The notes under the pieces are model-generated. The model searched no databases and was not told the origin of the DNA. It worked only from the letters and a program-made list of their open reading frames with translations. The translations under genes were made by a program, and so were the position numbers. Shown here piece by piece: positions 1 through 8,895 of a stretch of 64,000 nucleotides of DNA (the stretch's first letter is position 1; each line of letters begins with the position of its first letter). The DNA comes from Eubacteriales bacterium (GTDB lineage Bacteria; Bacillota; Clostridia; Oscillospirales; SIG627), in NCBI GenBank assembly GCA_045594565.1, contig JAZNYT010000002.1, positions 1,824 to 65,823 on the forward strand, read 5' to 3'.

Positions 1-123
1 TTGCTTTTTGGGGCTACCTATGAAATTTACGGTGTCATCATTCGACCACCTTTGCTTAAAGGTGTTTAATACTTGTGCTCTAAAGCTTATCCGATAGGCA
101 TTCTCTATATTTATTACGTTCAT
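1..123 (-). CDS. hypothetical protein, first 41 codons only (gene runs off the left edge)
   Basis: ATG at 123-121 with AGGAGG about 10 nt upstream on the minus strand. The frame stays open to position 1 (MNVINIENAYRISFRAQVLNTFKQRW...). It is divergent from the sugar-enzyme genes, so a regulator is possible but cannot be shown from 41 aa. Confidence 0.5.
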   Translation of the reverse strand, partial: MNVINIENAYRISFRAQVLNTFKQRWSNDDTVNFIGSPKKQ

Positions 124-240
124 ATCAAGTACGCCTCCTGTATAATTTGTGACATTTATTATAGCTATAAAACCGCGATTTGTCAATGATTATGGAATTG
201 TTTAGTTTCTAAAAGTGACATTTATATATCGTTATGTGCC

Positions 241-269
241 TTGACCGCGATATGTTGCACGGATATAAT
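241..269 (+). promoter_or_regulatory. sigma-A type promoter for the 307 gene
   Basis: TTGACC (241-246), 17-nt spacer, TATAAT (264-269), about 38 nt upstream of the ATG. Confidence 0.55.
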
Positions 270-306
270 TGAGGTGTAAAATTTCTTTGATAAAAAGGAG
301 ATACTT

Positions 307-1389
307 ATGAAAAACAAAGTAGGCTTTATCGGCTATGGTTCGATTGCGAGAGGTACCCACAAAGCGTCTTACAGATTAGCTGAGGACGTGGAGATTGTTG
401 CGGTTTGCGACGTGAATCCGAATGCTTTAAAAAAGGCAAAGGAAGATTTCGGCTTGTCGGATGATTGCCTTTTTACAGACTATAAGGCGTTGATAGACAG
501 TGGCAAGTGTAATATGGTTGATATTTGCACCCCTAACCGTTTTCATTGTGAGCAGGCGAAATATGCGCTTAATGCAGGTCTTGCCGTCAGTATGGAAAAG
601 CCTGCCGGTATAAACAGTAAAGAGGTAGAGGAAGTACGTGCGCTGGCAGAGAAAAAAGGATTGCCCGTATTTGTCTCGTTTACCTGGCGCCATATGCCCA
701 CAACAAGATTCCTTAAGGATACAATCGACAGCGGAGCTGTTGGTAAAGTGTATCATTGTTATATCAAGTGTATAAAAGAAAGCGGCTTGTGGGAAGGAAG
801 AAGGCTTGAGTGGCGCTTCCAAAAGGAAATGGCAGGCTCGGGAGTGCTTTGCGACCTTGGCTCTCATATGATTGACTTTTTGAACTGGATGAACGAGGAT
901 ATAGTGGGACTGTCTGCCAATATGGGTATTTTTGTCAAGGAAAGACAAAAGCTTGACAGCGATGAGTGGGCACCCGTTACAACCGACGACTATGCGAACA
1001 TTATTGCAGACCTTAAGAGCGGTGCTACTGCAAATATCGACCTTTCCCGTTGTGCTAAGACAGAGGATCAGCTTACCGAATTTGCTATTTACGGTGAAAA
1101 GGGATATATTTGCTTCAGCAGCCGTGTAGGAAAAGGTCTTGAAATATGCTATGGCGACAAGGAAACTATTGCCAAGGGTAGAGTGAAGGTGGACACACCC
1201 GAGAAGTACGGTGATGCAAGGGCGATATACCAGTCACAGTCCTTTGTAAATTACGTCAACGGCAAAAAGGACGCCTTTACAACCACTATTGACGATGGCT
1301 TGAAGGCTCAGCTCGTTATAGATGCGGCAATAAAATCTCACAAAGAAAAGCGCTATGTAACAATTGATGAGATTCGTAAAGATTTGTAA
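307..1389 (+). CDS. Gfo/Idh/MocA family NAD(P)-dependent oxidoreductase
   Basis: N-terminal Rossmann signature KVGFIGYGSIA, EKP motif (MEKPAG), and the size and architecture typical of the family. AAGGAG RBS. Confidence 0.85.
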   Translation: MKNKVGFIGYGSIARGTHKASYRLAEDVEIVAVCDVNPNALKKAKEDFGLSDDCLFTDYKALIDSGKCNMVDICTPNRFHCEQAKYALNAGLAVSMEKPAGINSKEVEEVRALAEKKGLPVFVSFTWRHMPTTRFLKDTIDSGAVGKVYHCYIKCIKESGLWEGRRLEWRFQKEMAGSGVLCDLGSHMIDFLNWMNEDIVGLSANMGIFVKERQKLDSDEWAPVTTDDYANIIADLKSGATANIDLSRCAKTEDQLTEFAIYGEKGYICFSSRVGKGLEICYGDKETIAKGRVKVDTPEKYGDARAIYQSQSFVNYVNGKKDAFTTTIDDGLKAQLVIDAAIKSHKEKRYVTIDEIRKDL

Positions 1390-1422
1390 TATAGGTCTTT
1401 TACAGAAAGGTGTTTAGCATTT

Positions 1423-2256
1423 ATGAGAACAGATTACGGTAAATTTTTAGCAATTTCAAACATTGATAATACAGATGCAGAGTTTATAAAATTGAAAGAG
1501 CTCGGGTTTTCTTATTGTCAGCTTATCTATAAGCCTGTAGAGTATACCGAAAAAGCGGCGAAGATAATATTTGAGGCATCAAAAAAGCATAACGTGCCTA
1601 TCGTGTCTATGTTTGCCGGCTTCAGAGACGGAAATTACGCCTTATCAAGGGCTGATTCCTTCAGAGTGTCGGGAATTAACAGTAAAGAATTCGGAAAAGA
1701 CCGAATTGCTTACGTTAAAAAAGCTGCCGCGTTTGCAAAAAGCATAGGAATTGACGACGTTTTGATTCACGCAGGCTATATTGCAAACAATCCACTTTCG
1801 GAAGAATATATGTATATGAGAGAGTGTCTTTCGGATTTTGCAGGCTTCTGCAAGGAAATCGGTGTAAACGTTCTTTTGGAAACAGGCTGTGAAAGTCCTA
1901 TTACTATGCTCAGAATGATTGAAGACGTGGGAACAGGCAATGTTTATGCAAATCTTGATACGGCAAATCCTATTTTGTACGGCTTTGGTAATCCCGTTGA
2001 CGCTGTATATACGCTCAATAGCTATATTAAAGGACTTCACATAAAAGACGGATTTCCTCCTGTAGACCCCGAGAAGTTAGGAGTACAAACACCTGTCGGA
2101 GAAGGCTTTGTAGACTTCAAACGCGTATTTGCCGAGCTTGAAAAGATAGGCTATGACGGCCCTATTATAATCGAACGTGAAATTTCTGGTGAAAAACAGC
2201 AAGAGGATCTGAAAAACTCTATCAAGTATCTGAATGAAGAGATTTTCAAAAAATAA
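1423..2256 (+). CDS. sugar phosphate isomerase/epimerase (xylose isomerase-like TIM barrel)
   Basis: Family-typical segments VLIHAGY, NVLLETG, ANLDTAN and GLHIKDG, ending in IIEREI. Confidence 0.8.
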   Translation: MRTDYGKFLAISNIDNTDAEFIKLKELGFSYCQLIYKPVEYTEKAAKIIFEASKKHNVPIVSMFAGFRDGNYALSRADSFRVSGINSKEFGKDRIAYVKKAAAFAKSIGIDDVLIHAGYIANNPLSEEYMYMRECLSDFAGFCKEIGVNVLLETGCESPITMLRMIEDVGTGNVYANLDTANPILYGFGNPVDAVYTLNSYIKGLHIKDGFPPVDPEKLGVQTPVGEGFVDFKRVFAELEKIGYDGPIIIEREISGEKQQEDLKNSIKYLNEEIFKK

Positions 2257-2284
2257 GCCGCATAAAGATTTTTGATTTCTTGTA

Positions 2285-2313
2285 TTGACTCTCACATTTT
2301 TTTATGTTAAAAT
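2285..2313 (+). promoter_or_regulatory. sigma-A type promoter for the SLH protein gene
   Basis: TTGACT (2285-2290), 17-nt spacer, TAAAAT (2308-2313). Confidence 0.55.
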
Positions 2314-2345
2314 AACTATGAATTTACGAAAGAGAGGATACTGAT

Positions 2346-3374
2346 TTGAAAAAAATAATAATTGCGGTAAGTATGGCACTCCTTCTTGCAGCTTCTGCGG
2401 TGAGTGCTTCCGCTTTTGACGATATGCCAAACGACTGGTCTACAGCCGCATTGCAGAGCGCCGTTGACAACGGTCTTCTGAAGGGCTCGGACAATAAGCT
2501 CAACCCCAAAAACAGCCTCACCCGCGCAGAGATGGCTACCATTCTCGTAAGAGCTCTCGGTGCTACAGAGACAGCCGATATTTCACAGTTTACCGACGTT
2601 CCCAAGGATGCCTGGTATCACAGTGCGATGGCTACGTCTTATAAGATGGGAATATTCAAGGGCGACGGCGCAGGTAAGATGAATCCCAATGCCAAGATAA
2701 CAAGACAGGAAGCCTTTGTTGTTCTTGCCCGTGCATTCAATCTTAAAGCATCCACAACCTCAGCTCTTGAAAAGTTCAGCGACGCGAACAAGGTTGCCGC
2801 TTGGGCGAAGCCCGAGATAGAAGCACTTGTTGCAAACGGCTACGTTGGAGGAAGCGGCGGTGTGCTCAATCCTCTTTCAAGCATCACAAGAGCTGAATTT
2901 TCACAGGTAATGTACAATCTCAATAAAGCGTACGTAGACGACCTTGTTGGTCTTAACTCTCTCGGAACGGTTAACGGCAACGTTATTATCCGCGGAAACG
3001 CCATAAATACTATTCAGAACGTAACTATTAACGGTGACCTTATAATCGGCGACGGAATGCCTGAGGCTATGACCTTCACAAACGTGAAGATCAACGGAAG
3101 ACTCGTTATAAGAACTACCGGTAACATCAGCTTCGACGGAAGTGCCGCAGAGCTTGTAATTGCATTTGACAACACAACGGTTACAAGGTCCACATCTTCT
3201 GTTATAAGCAAAATCACAAAGGACCCAAGCTTCACAAATGCATTTATTAAAGCCGAATCCGATACAGGCTCCGGTTCAACGCCTTCGGTTCCTTCAACAC
3301 CTTCAACACCTTCAACACCCTCGACTCCTTCGGTTCCCGAAAAGGAAGAGGATATCTGGACAGAGTTCCACTAA
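2346..3374 (+). CDS. secreted S-layer-homology (SLH) domain protein with a C-terminal Pro/Ser/Thr repeat
   Basis: TTG start after GAGAGG. Signal peptide MKKIIIAVSMALLLAASAVSASA. Three SLH repeats (FDDMPNDW...TRAEMA, FTDVPKDAW...TRQEAF, FSDANKVAAW...TRAEFS). Tail is TPSVPSTPSTPSTPSTPSVP. Confidence 0.85.
   Translation: MKKIIIAVSMALLLAASAVSASAFDDMPNDWSTAALQSAVDNGLLKGSDNKLNPKNSLTRAEMATILVRALGATETADISQFTDVPKDAWYHSAMATSYKMGIFKGDGAGKMNPNAKITRQEAFVVLARAFNLKASTTSALEKFSDANKVAAWAKPEIEALVANGYVGGSGGVLNPLSSITRAEFSQVMYNLNKAYVDDLVGLNSLGTVNGNVIIRGNAINTIQNVTINGDLIIGDGMPEAMTFTNVKINGRLVIRTTGNISFDGSAAELVIAFDNTTVTRSTSSVISKITKDPSFTNAFIKAESDTGSGSTPSVPSTPSTPSTPSTPSVPEKEEDIWTEFH
3281..3338 (+). repeat. in-frame 9-bp tandem repeat (CCTTCAACA x3 plus degenerate flanking copies) encoding a PS[TV] linker
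   Basis: Direct reading gives ccttcaaca three times at 3291-3317, flanked by gccttcggtt and ctccttcggtt. This is low-complexity coding sequence. Confidence 0.8.
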
Positions 3375-3380
3375 AATAAT

Positions 3381-3414
3381 AAGTCTTGTGCAATCGCACA
3401 AGACTTATTTTTTT
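3381..3414. terminator. bidirectional rho-independent terminator between convergent genes
   Basis: 11-bp stem AAGTCTTGTGC/GCACAAGACTT with loop AATC, an A-run before and a T-run after. Confidence 0.8.
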
Positions 3415-5020
3415 ATCTTTTTATTTTGTTTCTCAATCTGAGGAGGGTGCGTCCTGCAGGCAGGTCAAGAAGCTCCTCGTCACTGAACGTTTTCGACGTA
3501 AGGATGAGAGTACCGTATACTATAATTGCAACAGGCAGGGATGCTGCCATTGATATTATCATATTGCTTGTCGTTGTCAACATAACGTAGTAAAATGCAT
3601 AGGTTACAACACCCATAAAAGCCGAAACAACCAAGGGAAGCACAAATATGCTTTTTATCTTTGGCAGATACCCTATTTGCTTTAAACTGGTGTAGTTCAG
3701 AAAGGCGGTTACGAGAGGGAAGGTAACGTCGGCAATAAGCCTTGCGTATATTCCGAGTGAAGTAAACCTTATAAGCGCGTATATGAGAACGGTATGGAAT
3801 ACAAAGGATATAAATGCATTGATTACAGGCGCCCTCATTTTTCCGTTACCTTGCAAAACCGATGTGGTGATAATGGATAGTGAGTAGAATACACAACCAA
3901 CAGAGCCGTATTTGAGAAGCGCTATCGCTACCTCGCGGTAGGTTATGAGACTTGGAAAAAGTACTGTCATTATAGGTCTTGCCAGCACTGCAAGTCCCAC
4001 GGCAGAGGGAATGGATACTGCCATTGTAAGCTTGATTACGCCATCGATTTTTTTGTTCTTTTCTTCGTTCTTTCTTTCAATAAAAAGTCTTACCACTGCA
4101 GGCAGTGTAGATGCCGCAAGTGCCGTCGAAATAGCTATCGGCAGATTCACAAGACCCGTATACTGTGTGTTGAAAACACCTTGCAAAGAGGAAATCGCCT
4201 TGTCCGTAAATCCTTTTGACTCCATTAGATTGCCAAATATCAGGTCGTCAACCGTAAAGCTTATCTGAAAAACCGTCTGACTCAGAATAATGGGAATCAT
4301 CGTAAGGACTATTCCTCTGTAGGTGACACTCTTTCTTTCTGTGTCGGAGGTGTCGTTTTCAATTTCACTCTTTAAAGCTCTCATTCGTGATGCAAAGAAA
4401 AGAGAGAGCATTATCAGTGCACCAAAGGCTCCTGCCAGAGTACCCATAGTAGCACCCGCCGCGCCCATTGCCGACGAGCCCATGCTCTTCATAAAAAGCC
4501 AGGTGGCAAAGATGCTTACTCCCGCGTTTATTATCTGCTCAACAATTTGCGAAAGGGCAGTGGGCACCATATTTGAATGTCCCTGAAAGTATCCTCTGAA
4601 TACACCGAGAAGCGCAACTATGAAGGTAGTAGGCGCAAGCACCCTCAAGGGATACATAAGTCCCGTTCTGCCGTATAACGCTTCGAGAAATTCTGCCCCG
4701 AAGAAAAGCACCGAGAAAGCGGTTGTACCCGCAATGAGTGCGAAAACTAAAGCTCTTTTAAAAAGCACGAAAGCGTTTTTCGGGCTCTTTGATGCAAGCC
4801 TTTCCGACATAAGCTTCGATAGGGCAAGAGGGAGAGAGTAGGAGGAAAGAGTGAGGGCTACGTTGTAAATGCCGAATGCGACCGAGTAAATGCCGTTTCC
4901 TTCCTCGCCCAGCATATTTGCCATAGGGATTCTATAAATAAAGCCAATTATTTTAGTTATTATACCTGCAAGGGCAAGAATTGCGCCCTGCACGATGAGA
5001 GAGTTATTTTTCTTTTCCAT
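3413..5020 (-). CDS. MOP-superfamily polysaccharide biosynthesis/flippase protein (SpoVB/MurJ-like)
   Basis: Polytopic membrane protein. The N-terminus (SLIVQGAILALAGIITKIIGFIYRIPMANMLGEEGNGIYSVAFGIYN) is typical of SpoVB/MurJ-like flippases. I prefer the ATG at 5020 (GAGGTG RBS) over the ORF-track start at 5077. Confidence 0.8.
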   Translation of the reverse strand: MEKKNNSLIVQGAILALAGIITKIIGFIYRIPMANMLGEEGNGIYSVAFGIYNVALTLSSYSLPLALSKLMSERLASKSPKNAFVLFKRALVFALIAGTTAFSVLFFGAEFLEALYGRTGLMYPLRVLAPTTFIVALLGVFRGYFQGHSNMVPTALSQIVEQIINAGVSIFATWLFMKSMGSSAMGAAGATMGTLAGAFGALIMLSLFFASRMRALKSEIENDTSDTERKSVTYRGIVLTMIPIILSQTVFQISFTVDDLIFGNLMESKGFTDKAISSLQGVFNTQYTGLVNLPIAISTALAASTLPAVVRLFIERKNEEKNKKIDGVIKLTMAVSIPSAVGLAVLARPIMTVLFPSLITYREVAIALLKYGSVGCVFYSLSIITTSVLQGNGKMRAPVINAFISFVFHTVLIYALIRFTSLGIYARLIADVTFPLVTAFLNYTSLKQIGYLPKIKSIFVLPLVVSAFMGVVTYAFYYVMLTTTSNMIISMAASLPVAIIVYGTLILTSKTFSDEELLDLPAGRTLLRLRNKIKR

Positions 5021-5039
5021 AAAGCACCTCGTAGCATTT

Positions 5040-5068
5040 ATAATAACACTTTTTGGCTTTACTGTCAA
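5040..5068 (-). promoter_or_regulatory. sigma-A type promoter of the flippase gene
   Basis: Minus strand reads TTGACA (5068-5063), 17-nt spacer, TATTAT (5045-5040). Its vegetative-type appearance argues against a strictly sporulation-specific spoVB. Confidence 0.55.
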
Positions 5069-5086
5069 TAACCGCATTTTCGACTT

Positions 5087-5653
5087 TTGACGTTCGTGCC
5101 AATGATAATCGGTGAAATAAGAAGATATCTTCGCGACAACAATATGATAAGGGTGAGCCGTTCTGTGAGAGATATTGCATATAAGGCGCTTTCAGCAAAG
5201 GAGCACCTGAACCTCATACTTTCCAGAGAGCCCACCATCGAAGAGTTGACAGATGAGGTCAATAGACGCATGCGTATTGAAGCGGAGGAGAAAAAAAGAC
5301 TGGAGGGCATCGACGTGCCTCCCGCAGTTTACTCCGAAAAGATGATAGCAGGCGCTCTTGATGCCGTCGTTGCGCCAGTATCACTTTTTGAGCCTGTCTA
5401 TTCCGACAACGGAGATTCTATTTATATAATGGATCAGCTTTGTGATAATAAAAACAACGACGGTGTATGGACCGAAAGCATTGCCATATCCGAGGCAATG
5501 AAAAAGCTTTCCGAGAGGGAAAGCAAGATAATAAATATGCGCTTCTTTATGGGGAAAACTCAGATGGAGGTAGCTGAAGAGGTAGGGATTAGTCAGGCAC
5601 AGGTTTCTCGTCTTGAAAAGGGCGCCCTTGAACAAATAAAGAAAAATATATAA
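5087..5653 (+). CDS. sigG: RNA polymerase sporulation sigma factor SigG, 5'-truncated fragment (regions 2.4-4.2 only; possible pseudogene or split gene)
   Basis: VPMIIGEIRRYLRDNNMIRVSRSVRDIAYKAL, PVSLFEPVYSDNGDSIYIMDQ and RFFMGKTQMEVAEEVGISQAQVSRLEK match SigG nearly residue for residue. The roughly 95 N-terminal residues (regions 1.2-2.2) are absent. There is an in-frame TAA at 5069-5071, no SD sequence, and only TTG 5087 or ATG 5102 as possible starts. Confidence 0.85.
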   Translation: MTFVPMIIGEIRRYLRDNNMIRVSRSVRDIAYKALSAKEHLNLILSREPTIEELTDEVNRRMRIEAEEKKRLEGIDVPPAVYSEKMIAGALDAVVAPVSLFEPVYSDNGDSIYIMDQLCDNKNNDGVWTESIAISEAMKKLSERESKIINMRFFMGKTQMEVAEEVGISQAQVSRLEKGALEQIKKNI

Positions 5654-5664
5654 AAGTAAAAAGT

Positions 5665-5692
5665 AAGGTGAACGCCGAAAAGCGTTCACCTT
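5665..5692. terminator. hairpin terminator between convergent sigG fragment and yajC
   Basis: 11-bp stem AAGGTGAACGC/GCGTTCACCTT. The T-rich run lies on the minus-strand side, so it is stronger for yajC. Confidence 0.65.
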
Positions 5693-5696
5693 GGAA

Positions 5697-6068
5697 TTAT
5701 TCCTTGACCTCGTCAGCTTCGTCCTTCTTCGCTGCGTCTGCCGGAGCTTTGTCGCGGGGCATAGGATTAACGATTTCTCTCACTGCCCAACGATAGATCT
5801 TCATTGTTGTTCTGTCTTTATTGATTTCGATGGTAAGGATATCGTCCTTGATTCTGCAAACTCTGCCGATAATACCGCCGTTTGTGCAGATTTCGTCACC
5901 TACAACGATGCTGTTGCGCATATTTGCAATTTCTTTTTCCTGCTTCTTCTGAGGTCTTATCATGAAGAAATACATCACCACGAAAAGAACTACCATCATA
6001 ATAATCATTGACATTCCGCCGCCTGCGCCTGCAGTGGTGGCTGCCGCCGCTTCAAAAAAATTAAGCAT
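5697..6068 (-). CDS. yajC: preprotein translocase subunit YajC
   Basis: Single TM segment followed by FFMIRPQKKQEKEIANMRNSIVVGDEICTNGGIIGRV, the YajC signature. Start at ATG 6068 with a GGAGG RBS. Confidence 0.9.
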   Translation of the reverse strand: MLNFFEAAAATTAGAGGGMSMIIMMVVLFVVMYFFMIRPQKKQEKEIANMRNSIVVGDEICTNGGIIGRVCRIKDDILTIEINKDRTTMKIYRWAVREIVNPMPRDKAPADAAKKDEADEVKE

Positions 6069-6144
6069 TTTAATTTCCTCCAAAAAATATCATTGCCTTA
6101 TTATACAGTAATAATGGCAAAAAAGTCAATAGATAAATTGCAAA

Positions 6145-7017
6145 TCAGAAAAGTTGTGCTACAAGAATTCCCGCAAAGACAAGACCTGAGCCTATAAGCT
6201 CGGGAGCTGACATCGCCTGATGAAGAATAACCCAGCCCGCAAGTGCCGCAAAAACCGATTCAAGACTCATGATGAGAGTAGCAAGAGAGGGATAGGTATA
6301 CTTCTGCCCGATAATCTGGAAGGTATAGGCAATGCCCGATGACATTATACCGGTATACAGAATGGGGATTGCCGCAAGCTTTATATTTGCAAGAGTGGGT
6401 TCCTCAAAGAGAAGCATACAGATAAGACAGAGGGTACCACAGACAAAGAACTGAATACAGGAAAGCTTTACACAGTCAACGAGAGGGGAGAACTTGTCCA
6501 CCACAAGAATGTGGAAGGTAAAAGCGATGGCACAAAGGAAAAGATATATATCAGCTCTTTCAAGATAAAATCCTTCTTTAACACAGAGAAGATACATTCC
6601 CACAGTGGCGAGAAGTACCGCTATCCAAATAGTTCCTCTCGGCTTTTTCTTGGTGAAAAGTCCCACAATCGGCACAAAAATTATGTAAAGTGCGGTGATA
6701 AAGCCTGCCTTACCGGGCTGTGCGCCTGCCTCAAGTCCCATCTGCTGAAGAGAGGAGGCTATGGCAAGCACCGCACCGCAGGATATACCTCCGATGAGAA
6801 GCGTTTTGTCCTTTTTGCTTGAAGGCACCGCATCGTTCTTCTTTATTTTGCTCATTATAAAGATTACAGGGAGCAGAGTAATAGCACCCACGTAATTTCT
6901 TATTGCATTGAATGTAAATGAGCCTACGTTGTTAAGTCCAAGCGACTGTGCAACGAAAGCCGTACCCCATATAAGGGAGGCAATAAGAAGGAAAATGCTT
7001 CCTTTAACGTTTTTCAT
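6145..7017 (-). CDS. DMT superfamily (EamA-like) transporter
   Basis: Ten predicted TM helices in two EamA-type halves. Start at ATG 7017 after AAAGGGGA. Confidence 0.8.
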   Translation of the reverse strand: MKNVKGSIFLLIASLIWGTAFVAQSLGLNNVGSFTFNAIRNYVGAITLLPVIFIMSKIKKNDAVPSSKKDKTLLIGGISCGAVLAIASSLQQMGLEAGAQPGKAGFITALYIIFVPIVGLFTKKKPRGTIWIAVLLATVGMYLLCVKEGFYLERADIYLFLCAIAFTFHILVVDKFSPLVDCVKLSCIQFFVCGTLCLICMLLFEEPTLANIKLAAIPILYTGIMSSGIAYTFQIIGQKYTYPSLATLIMSLESVFAALAGWVILHQAMSAPELIGSGLVFAGILVAQLF

Positions 7018-7120
7018 AAAAATCCCCTTTGAAAATATTGACCTTCCAATTGTAGCACAAAACCTTTGTAAAAGCAATATAAAAAATTATGAAAACGTTT
7101 ACATTTCTTACTAAAATCCA

Positions 7121-7149
7121 TTGACTTTTATTGAAACTCGTAATATACT
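7121..7149 (+). promoter_or_regulatory. sigma-A type promoter of kdgK-eda
   Basis: TTGACT (7121-7126), 17-nt spacer, TATACT (7144-7149). Confidence 0.55.
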
Positions 7150-7192
7150 TTTATTGTAATAAAGATACAAAATAATAAGGAGATATGAAGAT

Positions 7193-8215
7193 ATGAAAAG
7201 AATAGTTACTTTCGGCGAAATAATGCTTCGTCTTGCACCAGAAGGCTATATGAGATTCCTTCAGGCAGATACCTTTGGCGCGACCTTCGGCGGAGGAGAG
7301 GCTAACGTTGCAGTTTCCCTCGCAAACTTCGGAATGGATGCGGCTTTCGTTACAAAGCTTCCTTCCCACGAAATCGGTCAGGCGGCAGTAAATTCCCTCA
7401 GACGCTTTGGCGTTGACACCTCCAAGATAACACGCGGCGGTGACAGAGTAGGTGTTTACTTTCTTGAAAAGGGAGCAAGTCAGCGTCCCTCAAAGGTTAT
7501 TTATGACAGAGCTTATTCATCTATAATGACAGCAAAGCCCGAGGACTTTGATTGGCAGAATATATTTGAAGGTGCAGATTGGTTCCATTTTACAGGAATC
7601 ACTCCCGCTCTCGGCGATAACGTTGCGGATATCTGTCTTGAAGCACTGAGAGAAGCAAAGAAGCGCGGTATCACCGTTTCCTGCGACCTTAACTACCGCA
7701 AGAAGCTTTGGACAAGAGAAAAAGCAGGCGAGGTTATGGCAAAGCTTATGCCCTTCGTTGACGTTTGTATCGCCAACGAGGAGGATGCGGGCGACGTATT
7801 CGGTATCCACGCCGCTAACACAAATATCACAGGCGGTAAGATAAGCGAGGAAGGCTATAAGGACGTAGCCAAGCAGCTTGCCGACCGCTTCGGCTTCAAG
7901 AAGGTTGCGATAACGCTCCGTTCCTCCATCAGCGCCAACGATAACGACTGGGCGGCAATGCTCTATGAAAACGGTGAATATTTCTTCTCCAAGTCATACA
8001 GAATTCATATCGTTGACAGAGTAGGCGGCGGAGACAGCTTTGGAGCAGGTCTCATCTATGCAACTCTCTCTGAAATGACAAGTCAGGAAATAATCGAATT
8101 CGCAGTAGCCACAAGTTGTCTCAAGCATAGCATCGAAGGCGACTTCAATATGGTGAGCGTTGCGGAAGTAAAACAGCTTGCGGGCGGAGACGGCTCGGGA
8201 CGAGTTGTAAGATAA
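7193..8215 (+). CDS. kdgK: 2-dehydro-3-deoxygluconokinase (PfkB family)
   Basis: VTFGEIMLRL, GGGEANVAVSLANFG and the C-terminal DRVGGGDSFGAGLIY are typical of KdgK. It is directly followed by eda. Confidence 0.85.
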   Translation: MKRIVTFGEIMLRLAPEGYMRFLQADTFGATFGGGEANVAVSLANFGMDAAFVTKLPSHEIGQAAVNSLRRFGVDTSKITRGGDRVGVYFLEKGASQRPSKVIYDRAYSSIMTAKPEDFDWQNIFEGADWFHFTGITPALGDNVADICLEALREAKKRGITVSCDLNYRKKLWTREKAGEVMAKLMPFVDVCIANEEDAGDVFGIHAANTNITGGKISEEGYKDVAKQLADRFGFKKVAITLRSSISANDNDWAAMLYENGEYFFSKSYRIHIVDRVGGGDSFGAGLIYATLSEMTSQEIIEFAVATSCLKHSIEGDFNMVSVAEVKQLAGGDGSGRVVR

Positions 8216-8225
8216 GGAGGATAAT

Positions 8226-8855
8226 ATGGACGTTATATCAAAGCTTCAAGAATACAAAGTAATCCCCGTTGTAACCATCAAGGACCCATCTAAAGCAGTG
8301 GCACTTGCCAAGGCGCTTATCGAAGGAGGACTTCCCACGGCGGAGGTTACCTTCAGAACTGCAGGCGCTGCAGACGCTATCAGAGCAATAACAAAGGAAT
8401 TTCCCGATATGTTCGTAGGCGCCGGAACAGTTCTCACCGTTGAGCAGGCTGACGAAGCCATTGACGCAGGCGCGAAGTTCCTCGTTGCTCCCGGCTTCAA
8501 TAAGGAAGTTGTTCTTCATTCACTTTCACGCGGTATTCCTATGATCCCCGGCGTATGCACCCCCACCGAAATAGAAGCGGCTCTCAGCATCGGTATTGAC
8601 TGCCTTAAATTCTTCCCCGCAGAAGCGGCGGGCGGCGTCAAGATGATAAAGGCTATATCCGCTCCCTACGGTATGATAAAGATTATGCCCACAGGCGGTA
8701 TTTCCCCCGAGAACATCGGCAATTATCTTGCTTGTAAGTCGGTTATCTGTTGTGGCGGAAGCTGGCTTACTCCTAACGACCTTATTGAAAAGGGCGACTT
8801 TGAGGGTATCACCAAGATAGTTAAAGAAGCGGTAGAGCTTGTAAGAGAAATGTAA
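8226..8855 (+). CDS. eda: bifunctional KDPG / 4-hydroxy-2-oxoglutarate aldolase
   Basis: KVIPVV..., GLPTAEVTFRT, VGAGTVL, and KFFPA with the Schiff-base lysine context. Confidence 0.9.
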   Translation: MDVISKLQEYKVIPVVTIKDPSKAVALAKALIEGGLPTAEVTFRTAGAADAIRAITKEFPDMFVGAGTVLTVEQADEAIDAGAKFLVAPGFNKEVVLHSLSRGIPMIPGVCTPTEIEAALSIGIDCLKFFPAEAAGGVKMIKAISAPYGMIKIMPTGGISPENIGNYLACKSVICCGGSWLTPNDLIEKGDFEGITKIVKEAVELVREM

Positions 8856-8861
8856 TAATAA

Positions 8862-8895
8862 AAGCCGACTCAAATGAGTCGGCTTAACTTTTTTT
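8862..8895. terminator. bidirectional rho-independent terminator
   Basis: Stem AAGCCGACTC/GAGTCGGCTT, loop AAAT, then a T-run. Confidence 0.8.
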
